A stretch of 64,000 nt of DNA from an uncultured archaeon (GCA_964342815.1 CAYFHS010000021.1:1-64000), one strand, 5' to 3'; positions 45,850 to 56,143 are shown, numbered from the stretch's first letter. The notes: generated by a model not told the origin, from the sequence alone. A program made the numbers and translations.

Positions 45850-46225
45850 TGTCCCATGCGGCGCACGCTTTGTCGCGGCGTAACTCCGTCACACCTGACC
45901 TGCCCGTAGGTATACGGTCAGACCTCGATACACCTTGCGGTGTGTCTGGCCTATCGGAACGTTACCCGATAGATTCCGTAACACCGATATGGCATCCACT
46001 ATGTTCTGCAATACCTTCGGCAGGATTGCTACACCCTCGACAAGTGTGTCTGCAGGTTTAGCTGAGCCGAAGGTTCAGCGGAACGGGAGTGGAAACCCTC
46101 GGGAGGTGTCCTTGCGGGCTCTTCTGACTTGTCCGCAAGTGTGCGGTCAAGTGGGGGGCACGGTTTTGGGATTTGCCAAAACTTTTTGCCGTGCCCTTTC
46201 CAGCGCACCCGAGCATCAAAAAGTT
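45850..46225. repeat. Hairpin-rich intergenic element A
   Basis: Serial inverted repeats, e.g. CTATCGG/CCGATAG 45951-45972, GCTGAGCC/GGTTCAGC 46061-46079 and GGGCACGG/CCGTGCCC 46156-46196. It shares a 30-nt core (46027-46056) with element B. Confidence 0.6.
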
Positions 46226-47031
46226 TTAGATTTCGAAGGTTTTCCCTTTTCATTTAATTCATGTAATAATTTCTTATGAATTAAGCCGTTACTTGCTACA
46301 ATGGAATCCATAAAAATATTATAATCATTACCCAAAATGTCGGTTATGAGACCACCCGCTTCTTGTAGGATGAACATCCCCGCAGCCGTGTCCCACGGCT
46401 TTAAATTTAGCTCCCAAAACCCATCATAACGACCAGAAGCTACGTAGCATAGATCTAGAGCAGCAGAACCATCTCTACGAAAACCTTCGCATTTCTTCCA
46501 TATGTTTGCAAAGTTCCTTATCACCTCATTTCCACTACTTTTATCTGACGGAAAACCTGCTGCTATAATACTCTTCCTTAACTTATTATTCGTAGAAACC
46601 GTTATTTTTTTACTTTTGAGATATGCTCCTCTTCCCACTACTGCAGAGAACATTTCCATTTTAATTGGATCATAAACTACTCCAAGGACAGGCTGTCCTT
46701 TATATTCAAGACCTATAGAAACGCAAAAGAAAGGAACATTATGATAGTAATTTGTAGTGCCATCTAAAGGGTCCACAAACCATATGTAATCCGAATTCTT
46801 ATTTCTGTTCTGTCCTTCTTCGGATATTATGCCGTGTTTGGGATAAATGTCACTTATCCTTGAAATAATAAACTCTTCTGATTTTAGATCTGCGATCGTT
46901 AATGGTTCACCGCTCTCTTTAATTTCTACCTTTTTTATTTGGCCAAAATTTTTGATTAGAATATTACCCGCTTTTTTTGCAGTTGCAATCGTAAATTCGA
47001 GACACTCATTCGTATTTAACAAGTTAAACAA
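46216..47031 (-). CDS. suhB: Inositol monophosphatase
   Basis: IISEEG, WFVDPLDGTTNY, GSAALDLCYVASGR and WDTAAG. Confidence 0.95.
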   Translation of the reverse strand: MFNLLNTNECLEFTIATAKKAGNILIKNFGQIKKVEIKESGEPLTIADLKSEEFIISRISDIYPKHGIISEEGQNRNKNSDYIWFVDPLDGTTNYYHNVPFFCVSIGLEYKGQPVLGVVYDPIKMEMFSAVVGRGAYLKSKKITVSTNNKLRKSIIAAGFPSDKSSGNEVIRNFANIWKKCEGFRRDGSAALDLCYVASGRYDGFWELNLKPWDTAAGMFILQEAGGLITDILGNDYNIFMDSIVASNGLIHKKLLHELNEKGKPSKSKTF

Positions 47032-47140
47032 CCCATGGGAAGCACTTTATAATTTCTCGTAAATATATTCTCTAACATATATTTAACTTTTTTCTCTTCC
47101 CATTTTTAAATTACCTGCAAAGTATACGACATTGTTTGGA

Positions 47141-48064
47141 TCAGGCAATATCTTTTTTCCAAAATCCATTCCTAAAAATTTTTGTTCCGGGATTATTAGG
47201 ATCGTGTATATTTTTGATGAACATTGGAATGTTGCTATTCATTAACGGCTCGATCGTTCTCGGGTGTAATATCCTAGCTCCAAGATACGATAGTTCTGCA
47301 GCCTCGGAATATGATAATGTATCGATCTTATATGCGGATTTTACGACCTTAGGGTCTGCGCTCATAAATCCAGATACGTCTTTCCAAATTTCCAAAACAG
47401 ATGCGCTTGCACCATTTGCAATCACTGCAGCACTGTAATCTGAACCATTTCTACCGAGAGTTGTAACTTTTCCATCTTTTGTGCAACCAAAGTACCCCGT
47501 TATAATTGGAATTGTTCCATTTTTAACTAAAGGAAGCACTGTGCGTTTTAGATTATTCTTGACCAAGGGCAATATTGCTGTAGCATTTTCAAACGAAGAA
47601 TTAGTAATTAATCCAATCTTATCGGACTCGATAGCCCTCGCATTAACGCCCTTTGATAGTAATACCCCCTCTAAGATAAGCACTGAGATGCGTTCTCCAT
47701 AACTAAGAATTAATGCTTTGGTAGAATCTAAAAGTTCTTTCGTATATACGATACCGTACAATAACCCTTCTAGTTTTTGAATTTTTGTGCTAATAGATTT
47801 GATAGTTCGATCTAATATTTGTTTGTTTTTAATAGCTTTTTTAGCGCGAGTTAGATGTACTTTTCTGATCTTGTTTATCATTATAATGACTTCATGTTCG
47901 TTCGTTTTGACTTTTTGTAAGCAATCTAATAAACTGTCTGTCACGTTAAAAATGGCAGAGAGAACTACAATCGTTTCCTCTTTTTCTGATGTGATTATCT
48001 CTGCTACTTTTAGAAAGCTTGTTTTATCTTTCAAACATGCCCCACCAAACTTCATAACTTTCAT
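47141..48064 (-). pseudogene. Aspartate kinase catalytic domain only; ACT domains absent (truncated)
   Basis: MKVMKFGG, VVLSA, GERIS, TLGRNGSDYSA, WKDVSG..SADP and LSY.EA.ELSYLGA.ILHP. The stop falls where ACT domains would begin. Confidence 0.65.
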
Positions 48065-48234
48065 GTAAACAAACTCCATTCATTTTATGTACTTTTCCTA
48101 CCCTTGGTGGAATTTCGTTACTTACAACCCAATTCACCTTTTCTCCAAATTTCGTACCTGCTAATCTTTTTGATGCTACTAATGTATAACTCACATCTCT
48201 CCTTAAATACAGAAGTTTTTGAGAGGGCAAGTTG

Positions 48235-49557
48235 TCAGATTACCCTATAGAGCATTCCAAGAAATTGCGTAGCATCAAAGGATTTGGGCGCATAGTCGTC
48301 AAGTCCATCATCTGAGCAAATCATCACTGCCATTTGCTCATTAGTATTTGCCGGTAACCCATGTGAGCCTTTGATAAGTTCTGGTTTGATAGGTATTCTT
48401 TTAGTATCAAGGTCAATAAATAGCTCACATGGGTCATAGCCAGGTTTATTATGAATATCAACTGTATCAGCATAGAATGGCGCCCTCTTCTCATCAAGCC
48501 AGTAGTAATATGCAAACCAGCTGTCTCTATCAGCAAGGGCAATCAACTCCCCACTGCGGTTATGATGAATTTCAAGTTCACGCTGCTTCTCTCGGTCAAG
48601 CACAGAAGAGATATTCTCTACACTGTTTAAAATATCCCTAGTTCGTTCAATCATATTCTTTTTGCAGTAAATATGAGCTACCTGATGGTCAACAACGGCA
48701 AATGCATCGCTCTGCTCGAAGTCTATATACTCACATCCCGCAATTTCCCGCACTCTCAGGAGCCCGTGCTTCCGCAAAAGTATATTTGGGTATATAGTAC
48801 GATTAACTGGGACTAAACCATATTCGGATACCACGAAAAGCACCATGCTATCTCGACCATATTCTTCTCTGAAGTTCACAAATTTTCCAACGATTCCGTC
48901 TATAAAGGAAAGTTCACTCTCAAGATCATTTGAGTTGGGATCTACACGTTGACATACATAATCGAGGTGTGGGATATAGACAAGAAGCATATCCGGCAAC
49001 TGTCTCTTCAGAACTAAAAGCGATGCGTTAGTGATCCAATCACTAGAGCCAGCCCCAGCTAACGGTCCCCAGTAGTCCTTTAGATGGAATTCCCCCAATT
49101 CTTCGGCAAGACCTTCATACATCCCTGTTGGCTTTGAATAACACCATTCTATCATACCCGAATCGGTGTGTAGTGGAGAGGGTGATATTACGATATCCGC
49201 ATCGATATACTTGCTGTTCTGCCAGAATAGAACCCCGACTTTTGCATTGGCATCCCGTTCTCTCATAATATCCGAGATTCGCGGACCCCTGATTAGCGCA
49301 TTTTCCTGGCGCCAGAATTCAGGTTTCATAGTAACTCGATTGAAGTATCCATTACCAACAATTCCGTGATCCGCAGGCGGCTTACCGCTCAAGAGGCTCG
49401 CCTGAACCGAGCATGTAACTGCAGGGAAGGTTGGAGTCATCTTGCGATATGTTCCTTCCTCTCTCAGTCTATTTATGTTTGGCAAATTTTTCCGTTTTTC
49501 AAGTAATGCTGGAGAAAGTCCAGCTATATCAAGGACAACTACTATTTTCTTTTTCAT
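48235..49557 (-). CDS. Nucleotide pyrophosphatase/alkaline phosphatase superfamily protein, EboF-like
   Basis: VVLDIAGL, PTFPAVTCSVQAS, GIVGNG, YIPHLDY, SEYG, VDHQVAHIY, DIHNKPGYDPCELF and IKGSHG. Confidence 0.88.
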   Translation of the reverse strand: MKKKIVVVLDIAGLSPALLEKRKNLPNINRLREEGTYRKMTPTFPAVTCSVQASLLSGKPPADHGIVGNGYFNRVTMKPEFWRQENALIRGPRISDIMRERDANAKVGVLFWQNSKYIDADIVISPSPLHTDSGMIEWCYSKPTGMYEGLAEELGEFHLKDYWGPLAGAGSSDWITNASLLVLKRQLPDMLLVYIPHLDYVCQRVDPNSNDLESELSFIDGIVGKFVNFREEYGRDSMVLFVVSEYGLVPVNRTIYPNILLRKHGLLRVREIAGCEYIDFEQSDAFAVVDHQVAHIYCKKNMIERTRDILNSVENISSVLDREKQRELEIHHNRSGELIALADRDSWFAYYYWLDEKRAPFYADTVDIHNKPGYDPCELFIDLDTKRIPIKPELIKGSHGLPANTNEQMAVMICSDDGLDDYAPKSFDATQFLGMLYRVI

Positions 49558-49568
49558 GACAGATCCTC

Positions 49569-50264
49569 CTAGGATACTTCAAATATCTTACTGAATATGA
49601 CCGCCGGGACTATTAGCATACAGACCATTAAACCTTGCCACCAATATCCGTATGCAAATACTATTGACCCGTCGATCAATGGAATGAGAAGGACACCTGC
49701 TACAACCACTTTCTTGAATACAGGTTTCTTCGTCTCAAATTTAGCAACCGCTGTGAGTCCCGCTATGTAAACAAAGATGGCTATTGGGAAGAATATGAAC
49801 CGCGTGGATATCTCACCGCCCGCTTCCAAACCGAGACCCCAGTTGAGTCCACGACACAGCCCCATGCTGATTATACATGGAAAGAACCATCTCTTTAGAA
49901 ACCCGTCATAAAGAAGGACAAAAAGGGCGATTGCACTAGTGATGACACCCCCTAAGAGCGATATCATGAAACCACTCGCAACACCCAGCACAAGAAGAGA
50001 TACTCCAATCAACAGAGCGGTTCGCGCCGATACGCTACCGGAAGGGATGGGGCGTTCGGGGCGAAATTGTTTATCATAGTCGCGGTCGAAATAATCATTT
50101 AGAGCTATGCCGCCTCCATAAAGAGTAGCCGACGCTAAGGTTGCGAACAGGACATCCGGAAAGGGAAAGTTTCCACCATTTGCAATAAAAACAGCAGCCC
50201 ATATGTTGGAAATAGCTGTGAATATATTGGGCAATCTAATAAGTTTTAGGATAGAGAAAAACAT
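49569..50264 (-). CDS. UbiA-family prenyltransferase, EboC/SCO3242-like
   Basis: RLPNIFTA, GGIALNDYFDRDYD...RPERPIPSG, LLYD and MGLCRGLN. Confidence 0.88.
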   Translation of the reverse strand: MFFSILKLIRLPNIFTAISNIWAAVFIANGGNFPFPDVLFATLASATLYGGGIALNDYFDRDYDKQFRPERPIPSGSVSARTALLIGVSLLVLGVASGFMISLLGGVITSAIALFVLLYDGFLKRWFFPCIISMGLCRGLNWGLGLEAGGEISTRFIFFPIAIFVYIAGLTAVAKFETKKPVFKKVVVAGVLLIPLIDGSIVFAYGYWWQGLMVCMLIVPAVIFSKIFEVS

Positions 50265-50276
50265 TCTCGAACCCCT

Positions 50277-51095
50277 TCATATAAAGCGTTTGAGAAACTC
50301 AAGGCTTTCGCGACCTGCATCCACCGGATTATCTTGGTAAGGATAAAGTTCCACACTGATAAATCCGTTATAGTCTATTTCATTTAATGTATCAAATATT
50401 TGCCGAAAGTCCATATCCCCCTGTCCGCAGATCTTGTGATCATGCACACGGTTTTTTATATCCTCTATATGAATGTGTCCTATCACATGGGCAAATCTTT
50501 TTATTACTTCTGCGGGGTCCTCTCCCGCACAGTAGAAGTGCCCAAGATCACAGTTGAGTCCAACGACGGAGTCATCCACCTTGGAAAGAAACTTTTCAAA
50601 CTGCACCGCATTTTCCATTAGCAAATCCGGCTCGGGCTCAACAAGTATCTTTACCCCCAATTGTCTGGCATGAGGAATAACCTGCTCGAGACCACTTAAA
50701 AAAATCTCCATTGCCACCTCAGACGAATAATGTTCAACCTTGCCGCCAGGCTGAATAGATATATTGTTGCAGTCAAGTTTTGCTGCAAGTGAGATGCAGT
50801 TTTTTGTATGTTGTATGCGTATCTGACGCTTCTCCTCTTCCCTCTCAATCCATGACGGATGATGCATATCCCCTACTGCAAAGAGGGTAAAAGAATTTAG
50901 GTTCGAAACAGACAATCCAACATTATCCAGTTTTCTCTTCAGCTCAGTAAGCCTTTCTGTGCTATAATCCGGTGGATACAGGTGTGGCCGATCTGCCAGG
51001 ATCTCGATAGCATCAAACCCGATATTTTTAATCAATTCGATGGCTCTTTCAAGAGAATAATTCTTGAACGCATTTGTGCTATAGGCAAATTTCAT
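50277..51095 (-). CDS. Sugar-phosphate isomerase/epimerase TIM barrel (xylose isomerase-like, EboE-position)
   Basis: AYSTN, LVEPEP, LNCDLGH, HIHIEDI...HDH...GQGDMDF and SVELY. Confidence 0.88.
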   Translation of the reverse strand: MKFAYSTNAFKNYSLERAIELIKNIGFDAIEILADRPHLYPPDYSTERLTELKRKLDNVGLSVSNLNSFTLFAVGDMHHPSWIEREEEKRQIRIQHTKNCISLAAKLDCNNISIQPGGKVEHYSSEVAMEIFLSGLEQVIPHARQLGVKILVEPEPDLLMENAVQFEKFLSKVDDSVVGLNCDLGHFYCAGEDPAEVIKRFAHVIGHIHIEDIKNRVHDHKICGQGDMDFRQIFDTLNEIDYNGFISVELYPYQDNPVDAGRESLEFLKRFI

Positions 51096-51896
51096 TTAAT
51101 CCTCTACCTTGAACTTGGGAGATTGTGAGTAGAAATTATAGGCGTTTTCGAACACTACCTTTCGAATAGCCTCCTCACTCAACCCTAATTGTGGGAATTG
51201 AGCTGCGGCTTCTGCCACATTCAGGGGATATGATTTTCCCCAATCAGCTGAACTGTTAATGACAATTCGTTCAGCTCCATATTCTTTTATCATCGCTGCT
51301 GCCCGCTCGTTATTGATCTTCGTCGGATATAGCGTCATGCCTGCAAGTATCTTCGGTATTTCTAATGTAATTGCCATGGTCTCCTCTGTGTTGTGGTCCA
51401 TGATATAACGTTTCAGGTCTACATTCTCTTCATCAAGGATCTTGAGCACACGCTCAACGCCCACACGCTTGTTTATATGAGGTAAGTGGATTATAACAAG
51501 AAGCTTATTCTTTTCAGCTATCTTCACATGTTTCCGAAATATATCCTCTTCTTCCGGGGTAATAAGGTCAAGCCCTATCTCCCCAACACCGAGGCAGTTT
51601 GGATGGTCAAGATACTCCTCAAGGGATTCAACTACCTCTAATGCAATATCAGTGTTTCGTGACTCTTTTGCGTTTACTCCCAGAAAAGAATAATGATAAA
51701 GACCGTATTTGCGTGCCCTATTATGCTCAAAATCGAGCATGTGTCTGAAGTAATCAAAGAAACTGCCTGCGCACGAGCGATCAGTTCCGGACCAAAATGC
51801 AGGTTCGATTACAGCGACATAGCCTGCTTCTTTCATCGCCTCGTAGTCATCTGTCGTGCGTGCATACATATGTATATGCGGATCAATAATTTTCAT
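51096..51896 (-). CDS. TatD-family metallohydrolase, EboB-like
   Basis: IDPHIHMYARTTDDY, EPAFW, GEIGLD, IIHLPH, MDHNTEE and INSSADWG. Confidence 0.88.
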   Translation of the reverse strand: MKIIDPHIHMYARTTDDYEAMKEAGYVAVIEPAFWSGTDRSCAGSFFDYFRHMLDFEHNRARKYGLYHYSFLGVNAKESRNTDIALEVVESLEEYLDHPNCLGVGEIGLDLITPEEEDIFRKHVKIAEKNKLLVIIHLPHINKRVGVERVLKILDEENVDLKRYIMDHNTEETMAITLEIPKILAGMTLYPTKINNERAAAMIKEYGAERIVINSSADWGKSYPLNVAEAAAQFPQLGLSEEAIRKVVFENAYNFYSQSPKFKVED

Positions 51897-51897
51897 A

Positions 51898-53097
51898 TTA
51901 TACCTCTTTGACTTTCTTTAAATAATTCCACAGAAGATCCCATTGCTCTGGTAGGCTTGCCACATCAGTTCCAAGCGGCTGTTTGAAAAAGAGCGCTAAA
52001 TGCACAAGGGCACCGCTATCCCCATTCCGATGAGCCAACTCGACCAATCTTACTAAATCAAGAACCAGTGGTGCAGCGAGTATCGAATCGCAACCTTGCC
52101 AGGTAAATTGTAAATTCATTTTTGTTCCAAGGAAACCTTCAAAATGAATGAAATCCCACGCAACTTTCCAGTCGCTAAGTGAGGGCACGTAATCAATCCC
52201 AACATGAGTGTGGGGCCTATAACCGAGTATCTGAGGCAGAACGCCATCTTTGGTGTTTACCTTGGATTTCTTATTATTTGGGTTATCCAGTACCTTTCCG
52301 TCCAGGTTGCCAAGAATGTTGTAACCTTGCCATGAGAGCACCCTCAAAACTCTGTATTTAAAGGCCAAACTCAGCACTGCCTTGATCAAGGTCTCACCGG
52401 TTTTGCCATCTTTACCGGCATGAGGCACTTTCTGGGCTCTTGCAAGTTCCAATAATGCAGGAATGGATGCTCCGTGCGAGGCTGTGAAGTTGATGAAAGG
52501 GAAACCACTCTTGAAGGCCACATATGCGTAGAGCATACTGGCTTGTATCAGGTCTTTTTGATCGTTCTGCAATGATTTTTCGAATCCCTCTAAGGTTTCG
52601 ATATGGTCGCCGGGAGGGACTGGTGGCTCCGTAGAGGCAAGATTCACTACGATAACTGTTCGCAAATTGTATTTTCTCTTAAAATTATCTAGATCTTCAC
52701 TAATCTTGGCTGTCAGATCTAATAAATGGTGTGCATCGATATTAACGGATTTATCTGTAAGTGCAGAGATGCTTTTACCACAACCCATACCAGTCCCCAT
52801 ACATATATTATCTTCCACCACATCGAGTTGGCACCCAATATTCTCTATTAGTTTTTGATTGATACCAGCTGCGTCCGATAGGACGGTAAATGATTTCCGT
52901 AAGCTTTTGTTACTTATTTCGTGCCCACCAAAGATCATTTGGTCAAACGGTAAAAAACCCATATCGGCAAGTTCTGGAAGTTCCGTGATGAGCCCGGTTG
53001 GTGCTGCTCTTTTGACTGCTAGCAGCTTTGCTCCAGCGATAACCGTGGATGCAACGGAGCCACAAGCTCCTATGATCCAAACGCCAACATTTGTCAT
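51898..53097 (-). CDS. ino1: myo-Inositol-1-phosphate synthase (ebo/SCO3243-type)
   Basis: GVWIIGACGSVAST, VVNLASTE, GKDGKTGETL, NILGNLDG, K..TK, WDFIHFEGFLG and DSILAAPLVLDL. Confidence 0.9.
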   Translation of the reverse strand: MTNVGVWIIGACGSVASTVIAGAKLLAVKRAAPTGLITELPELADMGFLPFDQMIFGGHEISNKSLRKSFTVLSDAAGINQKLIENIGCQLDVVEDNICMGTGMGCGKSISALTDKSVNIDAHHLLDLTAKISEDLDNFKRKYNLRTVIVVNLASTEPPVPPGDHIETLEGFEKSLQNDQKDLIQASMLYAYVAFKSGFPFINFTASHGASIPALLELARAQKVPHAGKDGKTGETLIKAVLSLAFKYRVLRVLSWQGYNILGNLDGKVLDNPNNKKSKVNTKDGVLPQILGYRPHTHVGIDYVPSLSDWKVAWDFIHFEGFLGTKMNLQFTWQGCDSILAAPLVLDLVRLVELAHRNGDSGALVHLALFFKQPLGTDVASLPEQWDLLWNYLKKVKEV

Positions 53098-53399
53098 TGT
53101 AATTCAAACCTCCAGCGGATACCGACATGGCGGTGAAATAGTTTCCAGTCCAGCTATCTATGTTAATCATATAAAATTATTTTGATACATTTTTTAAATC
53201 AAGGGCGTCAGTAAAAGTAAACAAAATATGGGCCTAAGTTTTTGCGAATGGGGAAAAAGGGCACTTCCTAAGTTAGACAATTAGTCCTTTATGCTCTTTC
53301 CAGCTTTTTTTCCCGGTTCCATATTATCCTTCTTGTCTCAGGTGCCCAACGCCTATGGAGGAAGATTTATTGTATTTGTTTAGCTAAGGTGAAAGGGGG

Positions 53400-53790
53400 T
53401 TTTCTGCGGGAGAATAATCTCTCCCTAAACCCCCGTAGGAACCGGAGGTTCCGAAGGTGTCCGATTTACTTCGCAAAATCCGAAGATTATGCTACACCCT
53501 CGACATGTATGTCTGCGGGGAAGGGTGAATCTTGATTCACCGTAGTAACTACGTGCACCCTCTCTTTTCCTTACTGACTAGGGGTTGCGTGCACCCGCAG
53601 GGTAACGCCCCGAGGGTCCAGTTGCATCTGTGATGCAACGGAGCGACAGCGGGGAACCCCTGAATAGTAATAAAAGGGGGATAAGGAAGAGAGCCGGACG
53701 ATTTTTCCGGAAATCGGACGGGACAGAAGTATTCCCGAAGGGAAGGTCTTCAGTATCTTCCCTTCTCCATACCTGCTAAACAAATGCTAA
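53400..53790. repeat. Hairpin-rich intergenic element B
   Basis: GGGAGA/TCTCCC 53408-53425, GGAACC/GGTTCC 53438-53452, GGTGAATC/GATTCACC 53524-53541, CGTAGT/ACTACG 53541-53553 and GTTGCATC/GATGCAAC 53621-53639. Core shared with element A at 53490-53519. Confidence 0.6.
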
Positions 53791-53885
53791 AAATATATTC
53801 CAAAGAATCCCAACATATAAGCGATACACATCAATGTGGTGATGAAAGCACAGAGCCTGAAGGTAGCTGCATAGACAAGGATCGT

Positions 53886-55001
53886 TCATAACGAGATTAT
53901 TCCTGTTAAAATCAATGTATCCATCACTAATCCAATTACAAAAAGGGCGCCAGCCAGCCTCACGAAGTGAAATGCCCATGCAACATACCAAAGTGGCCAG
54001 ATCGGATAATCGTCCGGGGGGTCATCAGGAGTATATCCTTTCTTAAGATGGTTTGGTATGGCATCATAGGCTATTCTGAATGCTTCTTGGGGAGTACCTG
54101 GAACGGGCCTCCCGATCATTTTGATTGACCGTATGGCTCTAGGTAGCGCGAAAAACACGACAAGTAGGAGTAGGGAGTGTCCCTGCCAAACTATAAATGC
54201 CGTGGCCGGAAAGAAAAACAGAATGAGAAATTGTGTGATGCGAGATGATGCTGGAAGACCGATCAGTACCGGCAGGGTATGGACAGGTTTTTCGCGATCA
54301 TCATGATATTTATCCATATGTTTTCCCATAACCACGGCCATGACCACGAGTCCATATGGCACTGAGAACAGCATAGCATCGTACAGCATTTCTCCATTGG
54401 AATTGTCCCCGGTCAATGCTAGAAAGGTGCCCCCAACCATCAAAGGGCCCCAAATCAGAAAAATCCCAAACTCCCCAAGCCCAAGATTCTTCAGACGAAC
54501 TGGTTTAGCCACATAGAAGACCGAAATGAGTATCCCTGCAAAAACAAAGTACAGGATTTCTATTCCAACCTTCTGGTAGAAGTAAATAGCGATTAATAGG
54601 TCAACAAGGTTACATAGAAATACGAGTCCCAGAAGCCCTTTCTTACTTATCAGCTTGTGAACGATTGGGTGTGGCCCGTATTTCAACCTGGGGTAATCAT
54701 CAATATCAACTCCGTGCATTAAGTCAAAGAAATCGTTGATCATGTTATTGGCAGCATGGGCCAGTACCAGACCTATAACGACAATAATAGCCTCCACAGG
54801 ATTAACAACCCCGTTACCGACTTGAATTGCAAGCATTATTCCAATCAAGGCGGAGACCAGGGTCATATTGTGGACATAGGCTCTCGTAATGAGCATCCAT
54901 TTGCTAACGGGGTCAAGTGGCGCGCCTGGAAGAGGATTGGCGGCACCGAGAATCGTACGCCATCGTCTCCAGTAGGTGAACTCAGTCATGTGAATTGCCA
55001 T
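53886..55001 (-). CDS. menA: MenA-like 1,4-dihydroxy-2-naphthoate prenyltransferase (UbiA family)
   Basis: AHAANNMINDFFDLMHGVD, LKNLGLGEF..F..WGPLMV.GT and HMDKYHDD.....TLPV.IG. Confidence 0.72.
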   Translation of the reverse strand: MAIHMTEFTYWRRWRTILGAANPLPGAPLDPVSKWMLITRAYVHNMTLVSALIGIMLAIQVGNGVVNPVEAIIVVIGLVLAHAANNMINDFFDLMHGVDIDDYPRLKYGPHPIVHKLISKKGLLGLVFLCNLVDLLIAIYFYQKVGIEILYFVFAGILISVFYVAKPVRLKNLGLGEFGIFLIWGPLMVGGTFLALTGDNSNGEMLYDAMLFSVPYGLVVMAVVMGKHMDKYHDDREKPVHTLPVLIGLPASSRITQFLILFFFPATAFIVWQGHSLLLLVVFFALPRAIRSIKMIGRPVPGTPQEAFRIAYDAIPNHLKKGYTPDDPPDDYPIWPLWYVAWAFHFVRLAGALFVIGLVMDTLILTGIISL

Positions 55002-55104
55002 CTAATATCTGGTGAACTGAAGTTAAGCATGAATAGGATATGAATATATATTACTCGATATATATTGATTCCGAAGAAAAACCATTATATACATAGTAAA
55101 TATT

Positions 55105-56085
55105 ATGACACTGGGTATGCTGGATTTAGACCTGGGTATATATGAGGAATTGGACCTTGTAGAGGAGCAGATAAGAGAGAGGATCGATTGTGGAATCTCC
55201 ACCATAAATGAAGTGGCTCACCATGTAATTGATGCTGGTGGAAAGAGAATTCGACCGGGAGTACTTCTTCTATCATTCAAAGCACTTCAAGGGAAAGATA
55301 TTGCGAAAGTCGCACCTTTGGCAGCGGCCTTCGAGCTTATTCATACCGGCACTATTCTCCACGATGATATCAATGATGGGAGTATATTGCGCCACAACAG
55401 ACTGACAGCACACCAGAAGTTTGGAACGACCAATGCCCTTGTTACAGGGGATTATCTATTTGCTAAAGCGTTCGAAATCGGGAGTGAATATAAAAAAGAA
55501 ATCAGGGATGTGATTTTAGATGCTTCAATAGGATTGGCTGTAGGGGAGATCATCCAATCCCAGAATATAATGAATATTGGTATTTCGGAAAAAATATATC
55601 TCGAGATCATCGAGAAGAAGACGGCGGGTCCTATTTCCGCCTGCGCCAGGGCTGGTGGGATAATGGCCGGTGGAACCTTAGCCCAGATAAAAATTCTTGC
55701 AGATTTTGGTTTATACATGGGGATGGCATTTCAGATAATGGATGATATATTGGATGTGATCGGTATTAAGACCAAAACAGGAAAATCAGTTGGTAAGGAC
55801 ATATCCGAGGGAAAACTCACCATACTATCCATACATGCGCTCAAGCATTCTACACCTCTTCAAAGAGAGAGATTAAAAAAAGTGCTTCTAAACCCTGATA
55901 ATACCAACCAAGAAATCTCGGAAGCCATAGATATTATAAAAAATACACATTCAGAAGATTTCGCGAGAAACATGGGCAAAAAATATGCTGATATAGCAAT
56001 AGGATCCATAGATAATTTGCCTGATTCCGAGTGGAAATCTAAATTAAAATACCTTGCAGAGTTCACTATAGGAAGAAATTATTGA
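55105..56085 (+). CDS. trans-Polyprenyl diphosphate synthase
   Basis: GGKRIRP, FELIH...LHDDIND....RH, KTA, FQIMDDILD and GKDISEGK. Confidence 0.95.
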   Translation: MTLGMLDLDLGIYEELDLVEEQIRERIDCGISTINEVAHHVIDAGGKRIRPGVLLLSFKALQGKDIAKVAPLAAAFELIHTGTILHDDINDGSILRHNRLTAHQKFGTTNALVTGDYLFAKAFEIGSEYKKEIRDVILDASIGLAVGEIIQSQNIMNIGISEKIYLEIIEKKTAGPISACARAGGIMAGGTLAQIKILADFGLYMGMAFQIMDDILDVIGIKTKTGKSVGKDISEGKLTILSIHALKHSTPLQRERLKKVLLNPDNTNQEISEAIDIIKNTHSEDFARNMGKKYADIAIGSIDNLPDSEWKSKLKYLAEFTIGRNY

Positions 56086-56143
56086 TCGCCATCGGATTAA
56101 TAGATAATTGAAATAATAAAATATCCAAATCAATGGGATAGTC

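Noticed and set aside
45850-53790. Elements A and B as RNase P RNA, SRP RNA or integron attC sites
   Set aside because: I could not find the conserved RNase P (GAGGAAAGUCC) or SRP helix-8 signatures. No integrase is present, and the elements flank a multi-gene block rather than single cassettes. They remain unclassified.
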